This document shows, one piece after another, positions 8,201 to 17,669 of a DNA stretch of 32,000 nucleotides. Both the position numbers and the translations under genes were made by a program. The notes under the pieces were generated by a model, which saw only the letters and a program-made list of their open reading frames with translations, did not search any database and was not told where the DNA came from. Numbering within the stretch: the first letter of the stretch is position 1; each line of letters begins with the position of its first letter. The stretch covers positions 60,001-92,000 of the forward strand of contig NC_013926.1 of assembly GCF_000025665.1 (NCBI RefSeq). The letters are read 5' to 3'. This DNA comes from Aciduliprofundum boonei T469 (lineage in GTDB: Archaea; Thermoplasmatota; Thermoplasmata; Thermoplasmatales; Aciduliprofundaceae).

Positions 8201-8799
8201 ATTTTTAGAGGGATTTCATTCATTATTTCCCTTTTGAAAAGTGCTCTATCCTGGGGATTTAGAGTATCCAGATCTATAGAAATTAAAAGAACTCCATGGT
8301 TTTCACTAACTACATCCCTAAGCTTTTGCAAGAGGTGCAAGACTTTTACAAAATTTGTGTTGGTTATCATAGTTTCTATTCCATCCAGCACTACAACACC
8401 TTTCTCATTCTCTTTCATAAATTCAACAACTGTGGCATGAATCTTGGTCAAATCTCCCGGTGAAATTCTATCCTTCCCCCTTATACTGCTGAGCCATACT
8501 ACTTTAGCATTATCCTGATTCGCAAATTCCAAAGTTTGTGGATTTATCCTGGTGATATACAATCCATTTAGCCCTCTATCAAGAATTTGCTGGAAAATCT
8601 TTATGGCATATTTTGAATTTTTCTCGTTTATGTAGTATGCCTCTCCCGCCTTCATCTCAAAGGAGCCTTTTTTCCTCCGTCTACCATATTTTCTAACTAT
8701 TCTCTCGACTTCTTTTCTCAACTCATCATCATCTTTTTTAAGGGCCATCCTGAGTTCTCTGATAAGCTCTTCTACACTGGGCATAAAATTGAATTTCAT
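8197..8799 (-). CDS. DUF835 domain protein (soluble, short form)
   Basis: 200 aa. The pattern [12 protein letters not shown]...VVWLSS...ISPGDL...[30 protein letters not shown]...[22 protein letters not shown] matches the DUF835 pattern as I remember it. No Walker A motif is visible. The N-terminus is a charged helix with RRRKKG. An alternative start is Met6 (8784), 25 nt from a TATA-like TTATTTATAG. Confidence 0.75.
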   Translation of the reverse strand: MKFNFMPSVEELIRELRMALKKDDDELRKEVERIVRKYGRRRKKGSFEMKAGEAYYINEKNSKYAIKIFQQILDRGLNGLYITRINPQTLEFANQDNAKVVWLSSIRGKDRISPGDLTKIHATVVEFMKENEKGVVVLDGIETMITNTNFVKVLHLLQKLRDVVSENHGVLLISIDLDTLNPQDRALFKREIMNEIPLKI

Positions 8800-8818
8800 T
8801 GAAACTATAAATAAGTTG

Positions 8819-9886
8819 CTATTCTCTTCTCAAAACGCTTACATAGAAAATATCCCCTGCAAGAATATAAGCGCCATAATTCCCCTTTTTTATATATCTT
8901 TCATACTCGCATTTGATTTCTTGAGGTACAAAATATGGAGCTTTATTTAAAAACTCTTCAATTAAATTTTCGGTTTCCCAGGGAGTATACGAGCATACAA
9001 CATAAACCAAATATCCGTGACTCTTCACATTCTCCTTCGCTTCGTTCAAAATCTCCATCTGCATCTTTGCAAATTTTTCAAAATCTTCTTGATACTTTGC
9101 CTCTGGATTTCTAGCTGCAGCACCTACACCGCTGCAGGGTGCATCTACTAGCACAACAGGAAACTCGCCTGAGGGTTTATCGTAAAAAATATACACATTC
9201 ATCTCCCATTTTTTAGCTCTATTCTCCAAGCTCTTCAATTTTCTCTCATTTATATCGTAAGCATGAATTTTCAAATTTGAATTTAGGGCATGCATAGCCA
9301 AACTCTTTCCACCACTTCCAGCACAATAATCCAAAACCTCTTCCCCCAAAGAACTTGCAAGCTTTGCAATGATTTGACTTGAAGAATCTTGGACAATGGC
9401 AAGACCATTCTTGATTAAGGAAGAATAACGAGCTTTGCTATCAGCTTTAATTGCGCTCTCTGGTATAAACTCCTCCGCATCAATTCCATCCCTTTCCAAT
9501 TCTTCAATTGCCTTATCCCTGTCAATTTTGGCCAAATTCACGCATAGCACAGTATCAGGCTCTCTATTTATAATATCAATAAATTCTCTTGGAGTAACTT
9601 CTGCAAGCTTGAGAGATAGAGAATTTCGGATATGATATGGGGTATTTACCTTTGGTTTTTTCAAGCTCAATTTTACATAATTCTCCGCATTCTTTTTCAT
9701 GCCTCTTTTTTCCATGATATAATCATAGTAGAGCTTGTAGCGTACAACATCATGCACTATTCTTGCCACTTGCTCCCTTTCCTCAAAACTCAAGCTAGAG
9801 CGAGGCAAGATATCTCTCATAGCCCTAGCCATATTTCCCTTCCTCATCCACTTTCTAATGACCCTAACTGCAATTTTTTCAATCAC
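8819..9886 (-). CDS. NOL1/NOP2/Sun (RsmB-like) RNA cytosine-C5 methyltransferase
   Basis: It has the SAM motif VLDYCAGSGGKS, motif IV VLVDAPCSGVG and motif VI YVVCSYTPWETE. The start is uncertain, either GTG 9886 or ATG 9847 (MRKGNMARAM). Confidence 0.85.
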   Translation of the reverse strand: MIEKIAVRVIRKWMRKGNMARAMRDILPRSSLSFEEREQVARIVHDVVRYKLYYDYIMEKRGMKKNAENYVKLSLKKPKVNTPYHIRNSLSLKLAEVTPREFIDIINREPDTVLCVNLAKIDRDKAIEELERDGIDAEEFIPESAIKADSKARYSSLIKNGLAIVQDSSSQIIAKLASSLGEEVLDYCAGSGGKSLAMHALNSNLKIHAYDINERKLKSLENRAKKWEMNVYIFYDKPSGEFPVVLVDAPCSGVGAAARNPEAKYQEDFEKFAKMQMEILNEAKENVKSHGYLVYVVCSYTPWETENLIEEFLNKAPYFVPQEIKCEYERYIKKGNYGAYILAGDIFYVSVLRRE

Positions 9887-10032
9887 GCTGAGGCATCTTT
9901 ATATGAATTAAAAAGTTTACTGCTCCATATCCCTTTTTTCATCTTTGTCCTTCACACTCTCATCAAAATCTTCCAGAGCAGAGCCTATGCCTTTGTGAAG
10001 CGTGATTAATTACAAATCAAGAAATGCAAAAA

Positions 10033-10076
10033 TTGCCATATCATAGCACATGTGGTAATGTGTTGATGATTGGCAT
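10033..10076. promoter_or_regulatory. imperfect inverted repeat enclosing the palindrome CACATGTG, in the rsmB-like/rps12 divergent intergenic region
   Basis: ATGCCATATCAT (10033-10044) pairs with ATGATTGGCAT (10066-10076) with one bulged T. The 8-bp palindrome CACATGTG lies at 10047-10054 in the spacer. Function unknown. Confidence 0.3.
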
Positions 10077-10130
10077 ATTTAAAGATTGTTCAACGAAAAG
10101 TATAGAAATTTAGAGCTCTTTGAGATAAAT

Positions 10131-10140
10131 TTTTTATATA
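10131..10140 (+). promoter_or_regulatory. TATA box of the str-cluster promoter
   Basis: TTTTTATATA is preceded by purine-rich GATAAA. It is centred about 42 nt upstream of ATG 10178. The SD GGTGAT lies at 10167-10172. Confidence 0.55.
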
Positions 10141-10177
10141 GGCATCCGTTTAGGTGGCATACTTAAGGTGATGCCAA

Positions 10178-10606
10178 ATGGCTAATGGATTGTACACAGC
10201 AAGGAAGCTAAAGGAAGATCGTGAAAAGTTCCGATGGAGTGATAGATATTATAAGCGTAGAGTATTGAGGCTCAAGGAGAAAAGCGATCCTTTAGAGGGT
10301 AGCCCACAGGCGAGGGGCATTGTTATTGAGAAAGTTGGTATTGAAGCAAAGCAGCCAAACTCAGCTATAAGGAAGTGCGTTAAGGTTCAGCTCATAAAGA
10401 ATGGACGCGTTGTTACTGCTTTCGCCCCTGGAAATGGTGCCATAAATTTCATAGATGAGCACGATGAGGTTGTAATTGAGGGAATCGGCGGAAGATTGGG
10501 AAGGTCCAAGGGTGATATTCCAGGGGTGCGTTATAAAGTTATAAAGGTAAATGGAATCTCTCTCAACGAACTTGTGCGTGGACGCAAGGAGAAACCTGTG
10601 AGGTGA
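10178..10606 (+). CDS. rps12: 30S ribosomal protein S12 (uS12)
   Basis: 142 aa. It carries [19 protein letters not shown] and related archaeal S12 signatures. Confidence 0.97.
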   Translation: MANGLYTARKLKEDREKFRWSDRYYKRRVLRLKEKSDPLEGSPQARGIVIEKVGIEAKQPNSAIRKCVKVQLIKNGRVVTAFAPGNGAINFIDEHDEVVIEGIGGRLGRSKGDIPGVRYKVIKVNGISLNELVRGRKEKPVR

Positions 10607-10611
10607 TTTAG

Positions 10612-11175
10612 ATGGATTTTCTCATATTTGGCAAGTATGATCCAAAGGAAGTGGTTGTTAAAGATCCTGGACTGGTGAGATATATAAACTTGGACGCTCG
10701 TCTGGTCCTGCATTCTCACGGAAGACATGTGAAAAAGCATTTAGGAAAAGCCCAAGTGAACATAGTTGAAAGGTTGATCAACAATCTAATGCGCACGGAA
10801 AAATATACGGGGAAGAAGATGAGCGCGTACAATGTGGTAAAAAAAGCGTTTGAGATTATTGAGAAAAAGACAAAGCAGAACCCCATACAAGTTTTGGTTG
10901 ATGCAATTCAGAACGCTGCTCCCCGCGAAGAGGTAACAAGATTGAAGATGGCAGGTATAGCCGTACCAAAAGCGGTAGATGTTGCACCTTCAAGGAGATT
11001 GGATATAGCTTTGAGAAATATAGCTCTGGGAGCAGTTAATTCCACTTTCAAAAATTCTAAAAGCATAGAAGAATGTTTAGCAGATGAAATTATAAAAGCT
11101 GCAAGAAACGATGTGAGTAGTTTTGCAGTTTCCAAGAAGGAGGAAATTGAGCGCGTTGCCGCATCTGCAAGATAA
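10612..11175 (+). CDS. rps7: 30S ribosomal protein S7 (uS7)
   Basis: 187 aa. It follows S12 by 5 nt, with the SD GAGGTGA embedded in the rps12 3' end. The N-terminus [20 protein letters not shown] is typical of archaeal S7. Confidence 0.95.
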   Translation: MDFLIFGKYDPKEVVVKDPGLVRYINLDARLVLHSHGRHVKKHLGKAQVNIVERLINNLMRTEKYTGKKMSAYNVVKKAFEIIEKKTKQNPIQVLVDAIQNAAPREEVTRLKMAGIAVPKAVDVAPSRRLDIALRNIALGAVNSTFKNSKSIEECLADEIIKAARNDVSSFAVSKKEEIERVAASAR

Positions 11176-11185
11176 GGTGGTCTAG

Positions 11186-13390
11186 ATGGGAAGGAAAGAG
11201 GATAATATCAAAAAAGCAATGAAAATTATGCGAAACATCGAGTACATAAGAAACATTGGAATCGTGGCTCATATCGACCACGGGAAAACTACGCTAAGCG
11301 ATAATCTGATTGCAGGAGCAGGAATGATGAGCGAAGAGCTTGCTGGAAAGCAGTTGGTTTTGGATTTTGACGAGCAGGAGCAGGCAAGGGGAATAACAAT
11401 AAACACTGCTGCAGCCAGTATGGTTCACGAATATGAGGGAAACGAGTATCTCATCAACTTATTAGATACCCCTGGACATGTTGATTTTGGAGGAGATGTT
11501 ACCCGCGCAATGCGAGCAGTGGACGGTGCGATAGTGGTCGTATGCGCAGTTGAGGGTGTTATGCCACAAACAGAGACCGTGTTAAGGCAAGCTCTCAAGG
11601 AGAGAGTCAGACCTGTGCTCTTTATAAACAAAGTGGATAGGTTGATAAATGAATTAAAGTTGGATGGCCAGCAGATGATGGCCAGATTTGAAAAAATTAT
11701 AAAAGAGGTAAATAAGCTGATTAGAAGATACACTCCAGAAGAATTTAAGGATAAGTGGATGGTTCGCGTTGAGGATGGAACTGTTGCATTTGGCTCCGCA
11801 TATCACAATTGGGCCATAAGTGTGCCATTTATGAAGAAGACTGGTATATCATTCAAAGATGTTTTTGAGCATCTTGAAAAAGGTGAGAGCAAAGAGCTTG
11901 CAAAGAAGGCACCCTTGCATAGAATAGTTTTAGATATGGTCATTCAGCACCTTCCCAATCCAAGAGAGGCTCAGGCCTACAGGATTCCAAAAATATGGAA
12001 GGGGGATATTAACACCCCTCTAGGTCAAGCGATGATTAAATGCGATCCCAAGGGCCCAGTTGGTATGATGATAACTAAAATAGTTATGGACCCTCATGCC
12101 GGGGAAGTTGCTGTGGGTCGCCTGTTTAGTGGAACTTTAAGAAGAGGGCAAGAACTTTACATAGTGGGTATGGGCAATCGCAAATACAGAATCCAGCAGC
12201 TCTCTATGATGGTTGGTCCAGATAGAATTCCTGTTGATGAGTTAGATGCTGGAAATATCCCTGCGATTATAGGCTTGAAAGATGCTATTGCTGGCTCCAC
12301 TGTATCAAGCATTCCAGATGTAGAGCCATTTGAACCGATGAAGCATTATAGCGAACCTGTGGTCACAGTAGCAATTGAGGCAAAACATACTAAAGATTTA
12401 CCTCGCTTGATTGAAGTCCTACGCACCATATCCAAGGCAGATCCGAGCTTGAAAATAGAGATAAATCAAGAAACAGGGGAGCATCTGCTAAGTGGAATGG
12501 GAGAATTGCATCTTGAAGTTACAATTTACAGAATTACCCATGAGTATAAAGTGGAAGTAATAACTTCACCACCAATAGTGGTTTATAGAGAGACTGTGGA
12601 TCATAAAGGAGGTCCATTTGAAGGTAAGAGTCCAAACAAGCATAATAAATTCTACATAGAAGTTGAGCCCCTTGAAGAAAGTGTTGTGCAGGCAATTGTG
12701 GATGGAGAGATAGAAGAAATGGATAGAATCAAAAACAGAAAAGATCTTGCAAAGAGGCTTGAAGAGCTCGGAATGAACAGGGATGAGGCAAAGAAAGTTG
12801 AGGCAATTCGCGGTCCAAATATCTTGCTCGATATGACTTGGGGTGTGCAGTACTTAAATGAGACCATGGAGCTGGTTAAACAAGCGTTTTTCGAGGCTGT
12901 TGAGAGAGGTCCTCTCGCAAATGAGAAGGTTTATGGACTAAAGGTCAAACTTGTGGATGCGAAACTTCACGAGGATTCAATACACAGAGGTCCTGCTCAA
13001 GTTATACCTGCAGTGCGCAATGCCATCTACGGTGCAATGTGTCAGGGCAATAGAGTTCTATTAGAACCAATTCAGAAGATTTACATCAATGTGCCTATGG
13101 AGCTCGTGGGCTCTGTGACAAGGGAAATACAGCAGAGAAGAGGAGTGATTGTGGATATGGAGCAGGAAGAGTATCAAACAATCATACACGCTAAAGCTCC
13201 CGTAGCTGAGATGTTCGGATTCGCCTCTGCCATAAGAAGTGCCACAGGAGGCAGAGTATTATGGAGCACTGAAAACGCAGGATATGAGCGTGTACCAAGA
13301 GATTTACAGCCACAGATAGTTAGGCAGATACGCGAAAGGAAGGGACTCAAACCAGAGCCCTATGATGAAAAGTATTATGCGGAGTTATGA
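11186..13390 (+). CDS. fusA: translation elongation factor 2 (aEF-2)
   Basis: 734 aa with G-domain motifs [17 protein letters not shown] and NKVD. The diphthamide-site context is [12 protein letters not shown]. Length is normal, so no intein. Confidence 0.98.
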   Translation: MGRKEDNIKKAMKIMRNIEYIRNIGIVAHIDHGKTTLSDNLIAGAGMMSEELAGKQLVLDFDEQEQARGITINTAAASMVHEYEGNEYLINLLDTPGHVDFGGDVTRAMRAVDGAIVVVCAVEGVMPQTETVLRQALKERVRPVLFINKVDRLINELKLDGQQMMARFEKIIKEVNKLIRRYTPEEFKDKWMVRVEDGTVAFGSAYHNWAISVPFMKKTGISFKDVFEHLEKGESKELAKKAPLHRIVLDMVIQHLPNPREAQAYRIPKIWKGDINTPLGQAMIKCDPKGPVGMMITKIVMDPHAGEVAVGRLFSGTLRRGQELYIVGMGNRKYRIQQLSMMVGPDRIPVDELDAGNIPAIIGLKDAIAGSTVSSIPDVEPFEPMKHYSEPVVTVAIEAKHTKDLPRLIEVLRTISKADPSLKIEINQETGEHLLSGMGELHLEVTIYRITHEYKVEVITSPPIVVYRETVDHKGGPFEGKSPNKHNKFYIEVEPLEESVVQAIVDGEIEEMDRIKNRKDLAKRLEELGMNRDEAKKVEAIRGPNILLDMTWGVQYLNETMELVKQAFFEAVERGPLANEKVYGLKVKLVDAKLHEDSIHRGPAQVIPAVRNAIYGAMCQGNRVLLEPIQKIYINVPMELVGSVTREIQQRRGVIVDMEQEEYQTIIHAKAPVAEMFGFASAIRSATGGRVLWSTENAGYERVPRDLQPQIVRQIRERKGLKPEPYDEKYYAEL

Positions 13391-13399
13391 GGAAAAGGA

Positions 13400-13410
13400 T
13401 TTATATATAA
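13400..13410 (+). promoter_or_regulatory. TATA-like element, a possible internal promoter for tuf
   Basis: TTTATATATAA lies in the 53-nt fusA-tuf spacer, about 39 nt before ATG 13444. The SD GGAGGT is at 13431-13436. Confidence 0.45.
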
Positions 13411-13443
13411 TGCATATATGGGAAAAAGAAGGAGGTATGAAAA

Positions 13444-14718
13444 ATGGCAGATAAAAAACCACATATGAATATCGTGTTCATCGGCCATGTTGACCACGGT
13501 AAATCCACAACGGTAGGTAGATTGCTCTATGAGCATGGAGAAATAGACCAGAGAGTCATAGACCAGTACAGACAGGAGGCAGAGAAACTCGGAAAGAGCA
13601 CTTTTGAATTTGCCTTCGTTATGGACAGGCTCAAGGAAGAGAGAGAAAGGGGCTTGACCATTGATGTTGCTCACAGAAAATTTGAAACTGATAAATATTA
13701 CTTCACGATCATTGATGCTCCTGGTCACAGGGACTTCGTTAAGAATATGATTACTGGTACATCTCAGGCAGATGCAGCAGTTCTAATCGTTGCAGCTCCA
13801 GAGGGAGTTATGGAGCAGACAAAGGAGCACATATTCCTTGCAAGAACTCTTGGAGTGCCACAGATGATTGTAGCCATAAACAAGATGGATGCTACAAAGC
13901 CACCCTACGATGAGAAGAGATTCAACGAGGTAAAAGAGCAGGTAGAAAAGCTATTAGCAGCTGTAGGTTGGAAAGATGTTCCATTTGTGCCAATATCTGC
14001 ATACAAGGGAGACAACATAATGAAGAAGAGCGAGAATATGCCCTGGTGGAAGGGTCCAACTCTTCTGGAGTTACTCAACAACTTGAAAGTTCCACCTAAG
14101 CCCACCGATAAGCCCTTGCGCATACCTGTTCAGGATGTTTATAGCATCACCGGTATAGGCACTGTGCCTGTTGGAAGAGTAGAAACTGGTGTGCTGAAGG
14201 TTGGAGATAAAGTGACATTCATGCCAGCAAACAAGAGCGGAGAGGTAAAGAGCATTGAAATGCATCACGAGCCAATGAAAGAAGCATATCCAGGAGACAA
14301 TATAGGATTCAATGTTAGAGGTATCGGTAAGAAGGATATCAAGAGGGGAGATGTATGCGGTCATACAAGCAATCCACCCACTGTGGCAAAGAGTTTCATT
14401 GCACAGATTGTGGTACTCAACCATCCAAGCGTTATAGCTCCTGGATACACACCTGTGTTCCACGCCCACACTGCACAGATAGCCTGCAGGTTTGAAGAGC
14501 TTATAAAAACACTAGATCCTCGCACTGGCCAGACAAAGCAGGACCATCCAGATTTCTTGAAGACTGGTGACATAGCCATGGTAAAGATTGTGCCCACAAG
14601 ACCCATGGTAATCGAGCCTGTAAAAGAGATACCACAGCTTGGAAGATTTGCAGTTAGGGATATGGGCCAGACAGTAGCTGCGGGCCAGTGCATAGAAGTG
14701 GAGAAAAAAACTCTCTAA
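13444..14718 (+). CDS. tuf: translation elongation factor 1-alpha (aEF-1alpha/EF-Tu)
   Basis: 424 aa with [17 protein letters not shown] and NKMD. Confidence 0.98.
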   Translation: MADKKPHMNIVFIGHVDHGKSTTVGRLLYEHGEIDQRVIDQYRQEAEKLGKSTFEFAFVMDRLKEERERGLTIDVAHRKFETDKYYFTIIDAPGHRDFVKNMITGTSQADAAVLIVAAPEGVMEQTKEHIFLARTLGVPQMIVAINKMDATKPPYDEKRFNEVKEQVEKLLAAVGWKDVPFVPISAYKGDNIMKKSENMPWWKGPTLLELLNNLKVPPKPTDKPLRIPVQDVYSITGIGTVPVGRVETGVLKVGDKVTFMPANKSGEVKSIEMHHEPMKEAYPGDNIGFNVRGIGKKDIKRGDVCGHTSNPPTVAKSFIAQIVVLNHPSVIAPGYTPVFHAHTAQIACRFEELIKTLDPRTGQTKQDHPDFLKTGDIAMVKIVPTRPMVIEPVKEIPQLGRFAVRDMGQTVAAGQCIEVEKKTL

Positions 14719-14719
14719 C

Positions 14720-14731
14720 TTTTTTATTTTT
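14720..14731 (+). terminator. oligo-T tract (T6-A-T5) immediately after the tuf stop
   Basis: TTTTTTATTTTT starts 2 nt after TAA 14716-14718. Archaeal RNA polymerase terminates at oligo-T runs. The tract abuts the SD GGTGAG (14732-14737) of rps10. Confidence 0.4.
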
Positions 14732-14741
14732 GGTGAGATAA

Positions 14742-15056
14742 ATGGCTGTATATAGAGCCAGAATAAGGCTAAGTGGCGCCGACCATAAAAAGGTGGATGA
14801 GGTTTGCAATCAGATTAAAAAGATTGCTGAGAGAACAGGCGTGGAGTTGCATGGACCAATTCCGTTACCCACAAAAAGGCTCGTTGTTCCAGTGCGCAAA
14901 GCCCCAGATGGTGAAGGTAGCGAGACATGGGAGCGCTGGGAAATGCGTATTCATAAGAGGCTTATAGACATAGATGCAGATGAAAGAGCACTACGGCAGC
15001 TTATGCGCATTCAAATTCCTGATGGGATACATATTGAAATTGAATTAAAATCTTAA
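14742..15056 (+). CDS. rps10: 30S ribosomal protein S10 (uS10)
   Basis: 104 aa. It occupies the expected position after tuf and carries [10 protein letters not shown] and [14 protein letters not shown]. Confidence 0.95.
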   Translation: MAVYRARIRLSGADHKKVDEVCNQIKKIAERTGVELHGPIPLPTKRLVVPVRKAPDGEGSETWERWEMRIHKRLIDIDADERALRQLMRIQIPDGIHIEIELKS

Positions 15057-15850
15057 AAATCTTTGAGTTCGTATATCTTTTCTCCATCCCTGTAAACGCT
15101 TATTGTGCCTTCTGCAGAAACTGCAAAACTTATAGCCTTTGTAAGTTTCGTTATTGATCTCGCAGCCAGATGCCTTCCACCAAAACCATCCATAAGCCAT
15201 TCTTCAATTGATAAATTCTTAACATAAACTCCCGTGGAAACTACAACACCCCTGTTATCTATTAATGTGGCCCCATCCATGATGGCAAACTCCCTTAGAG
15301 TATCAAAATTTTCCTCGTTTAAAACACTTCTCATCTCTCTATCTATCCCGCTTATTGGATTGGCTATCTTCTGAATTACATAATTTTTAACATTATTTGT
15401 ATCTCCAACTATAAAGAGTGCACCTGCAGGTGTACCCTCTCTTCCCTTTTTCACAATCGACATGGCAAGTTTTAAAATGTTTTCCACAATTTCACCTTTT
15501 ATCCTATCAGATACCATATTCACCAAATTTGGCAAATTCATCTTGCTCATATCAAAAAACAGCCTGTGCTCCTCGCCTTCCTTTGAAAATAATAAAAGTA
15601 TTCTATCTCTGTTATTTATGTAAGAAGAGTTAAGAAGGTAAAAAACGGTATTTTTTATCAATTCCAAATCTTCTATATCTGGATATTTACCATAATCTGA
15701 AAATATTCTAACAATATTCTTCCTTAAAAGCATATCCGCTCTTGGCCTTTTACCCTTGGGATAAATCACTATGAGCTCCTTATCTTCATAATTCTGAGCG
15801 ATACTCTCCGGATCATCCCCCATCACAACAATTTTTGTAGGCTCATCCAC
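15053..15850 (-). CDS. dacZ: diadenylate cyclase, archaeal DacZ type (DisA_N/DAC domain)
   Basis: 265 aa with DAC-domain motifs [16 protein letters not shown] (DGA) and [11 protein letters not shown] (RHxAA), plus an N-terminal domain of about 110 aa. The track start is GTG 15850. An alternative is ATG 15823. Confidence 0.8.
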   Translation of the reverse strand: MDEPTKIVVMGDDPESIAQNYEDKELIVIYPKGKRPRADMLLRKNIVRIFSDYGKYPDIEDLELIKNTVFYLLNSSYINNRDRILLLFSKEGEEHRLFFDMSKMNLPNLVNMVSDRIKGEIVENILKLAMSIVKKGREGTPAGALFIVGDTNNVKNYVIQKIANPISGIDREMRSVLNEENFDTLREFAIMDGATLIDNRGVVVSTGVYVKNLSIEEWLMDGFGGRHLAARSITKLTKAISFAVSAEGTISVYRDGEKIYELKDF

Positions 15851-15874
15851 AGGTAATCAAAATACTGAAGATAT

Positions 15875-16486
15875 TTAATTTTTCTTATTTTCCATCTTTT
15901 TTGCTATTTTATCCGTCATTATAGCCATAGTCAGTTCTCCCCTTGTCTTTTCAATCAATGCCCTAGCAGTATCCTGTTTAGGTTTAAGAGGAACTAAACC
16001 AGACGGATAATTGAAACGCATAAGCATCTCGTAGATTTCTTCCATTATACTGAGATACTCTTCTGCTCTCTTAAAATTCTCATTTTTAAGTGCTTCAAGA
16101 ACCTCTCTCCTGAGTTCTCCAACTACATCCCCCATTCCCATCAGATAAGATTCTGGATTCATTCCCAAATCTTTGTGGGATGGTATTGGTTTATTATGAA
16201 TTATTGCCCTAAATATTTGCGATTCACAATATTCTTGAAACGCATTCTGAACAAAACCAGAATAAAGTAAATCAGGATATTGGTTAGTTAAGAGACTTTT
16301 TAAATGCCATACCTCTTCTTTCAGTTTCCTTACAATCTCACTTTCATCTTCTCTCCTATGCATCATTATTATTGACTGAGAGGACATTCTTATTATTACC
16401 CTGGCTGATTTTATAGCTATCTCTCTAACAGAGTCCTTCTCATCAAGCTCCTCTTCTATTAAATCACCTATTTCCCTGAGATCCAT
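15875..16486 (-). CDS. translin-family protein (COG2178-like)
   Basis: The helical protein has the translin-like GDVVGELRREVLEAL motif. I prefer ATG 16486 (MDLREIGD...). The track ORF instead starts at TTG 16516, which overlaps the JAMM stop (TTGA). Confidence 0.6.
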   Translation of the reverse strand: MDLREIGDLIEEELDEKDSVREIAIKSARVIIRMSSQSIIMMHRREDESEIVRKLKEEVWHLKSLLTNQYPDLLYSGFVQNAFQEYCESQIFRAIIHNKPIPSHKDLGMNPESYLMGMGDVVGELRREVLEALKNENFKRAEEYLSIMEEIYEMLMRFNYPSGLVPLKPKQDTARALIEKTRGELTMAIMTDKIAKKMENKKN

Positions 16487-16512
16487 ACTACCCTTTATTA
16501 AATTAAAATATT

Positions 16513-16884
16513 TCAAATTACCTTTACCTCTATTTCTTCACCCATTCTATTGTAAGCCTTCCAAGAATTCATAGTATATGGATATGCCACAATAATATGA
16601 ACATCACCCGTTTTAGAAAACATATCCAAATCTGCACGGGAAGGTATGGGAAAACCAGAAGGGTGCGAATGGACAGAGCCAACTATGGTAAAATCAATGG
16701 GCTTCATAAGAAGATTATAAAGTACGCTACTTCCTCCTGAAACAGTGCCCGGGAGTAAAATTATCTCATAAATTATATTATGCTTTGCCCTTAAAAATGC
16801 TCCAAACTCATTTGGATACGAGGATTTAGAAGATTCCATTATCAATTTAAGAACTTCTTTCTTTATTTTCCACACCTTATTCAC
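16513..16884 (-). CDS. minimal JAMM/MPN+ metalloprotease
   Basis: 123 aa with the JAMM motif HSHPSGFPIPSRAD (HxHx7Sx2D) and the upstream Glu in YPNEFGAFL. The GTG start overlaps the nadK stop (GTGA). Confidence 0.85.
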   Translation of the reverse strand: MNKVWKIKKEVLKLIMESSKSSYPNEFGAFLRAKHNIIYEIILLPGTVSGGSSVLYNLLMKPIDFTIVGSVHSHPSGFPIPSRADLDMFSKTGDVHIIVAYPYTMNSWKAYNRMGEEIEVKVI

Positions 16885-17669
16885 CCTATCAATCTCTCCC
16901 TTATCCTCTTTATTGGTGAATTACTAAACCTTATGAACTCCGCATAATTTTCGGATTTCTCTATCTCTACTATATCCTTTTTAGAAATTCTCACACTATA
17001 CTGCCCATCCAGCACCAATAGATTAGACCTGCCGTCTTTTAGTTCAATTCTAATCTTACCTTCGGGAAGCACAAAAGATTTAGGATACTTCTTAAATGGA
17101 GCTATTGGTGTCAAAACCATTCCTTCCAGATTTGGATGTAAAATAGGACCTCCAGCGCTCAAAGCGTAAGATGTAGAGCCTGTGGGAGTTGCTACAATCA
17201 ATCCATCAGCCCTAAACTCATCTAGTAGCTCTTTCTCATAGAATATAGTATAACTTCTAAGCTTTGCTATCTCTGCAGTGTGAATAACCACCTCATTGGT
17301 GCAATCGTAGAGTCTTTCACCATTAAGCCTAACCTTTATCCTCATTCTTTTATCAATAAAATAATCTCCACTTTCAATTCTCTTTATAGCATCATCCAAT
17401 TCTTCAGGACTTATCTCCGTTAAGAAGCCCAAAAGTCCCATATTCACCCCCAATATTCTACCTCTAGCTCTCTGCAACGCTAAAAGAATAGTTCCATCTC
17501 CTCCAACTGTGATTATAACATCCACATTCATTTCTTCAATGGAGATTCCATCCATACCAAGAGCCTTAGCTGTTTCCATTTCAACCACTGGATCTAACTT
17601 TTCAATAATTTCCTTTGCAAATTTGATGCATTCTTCTTTCTCAGGATTGGCTATTAATCCATATCTCAT
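16881..17669 (-). CDS. nadK: NAD kinase
   Basis: 262 aa with GGDGTILLA, the NE/D region and PTGSTSYALSAGGPI. The ATG overlaps the upstream stop (ATGA). Confidence 0.92.
   Translation of the reverse strand: MRYGLIANPEKEECIKFAKEIIEKLDPVVEMETAKALGMDGISIEEMNVDVIITVGGDGTILLALQRARGRILGVNMGLLGFLTEISPEELDDAIKRIESGDYFIDKRMRIKVRLNGERLYDCTNEVVIHTAEIAKLRSYTIFYEKELLDEFRADGLIVATPTGSTSYALSAGGPILHPNLEGMVLTPIAPFKKYPKSFVLPEGKIRIELKDGRSNLLVLDGQYSVRISKKDIVEIEKSENYAEFIRFSNSPIKRIRERLIG

Noticed and set aside
9883-9942. 19-codon minus-strand upstream ORF (MKKGIWSSKLFNSYKDASA) whose TGA overlaps the GTG start of the methyltransferase
   Set aside because: The TATA-like element for the methyltransferase lies inside it, so it is probably not transcribed from that promoter. 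There is no SD. It is noted only because it adds uncertainty to the 9886 versus 9847 start choice.
10024-10113. 29-codon ORF MQKLPYHSTCGNVLMIGIFKDCSTKSIEI in the long intergenic region upstream of rps12
   Set aside because: There is no SD and no recognisable motif. It overlaps the inverted-repeat element. An ORF this short is expected by chance.
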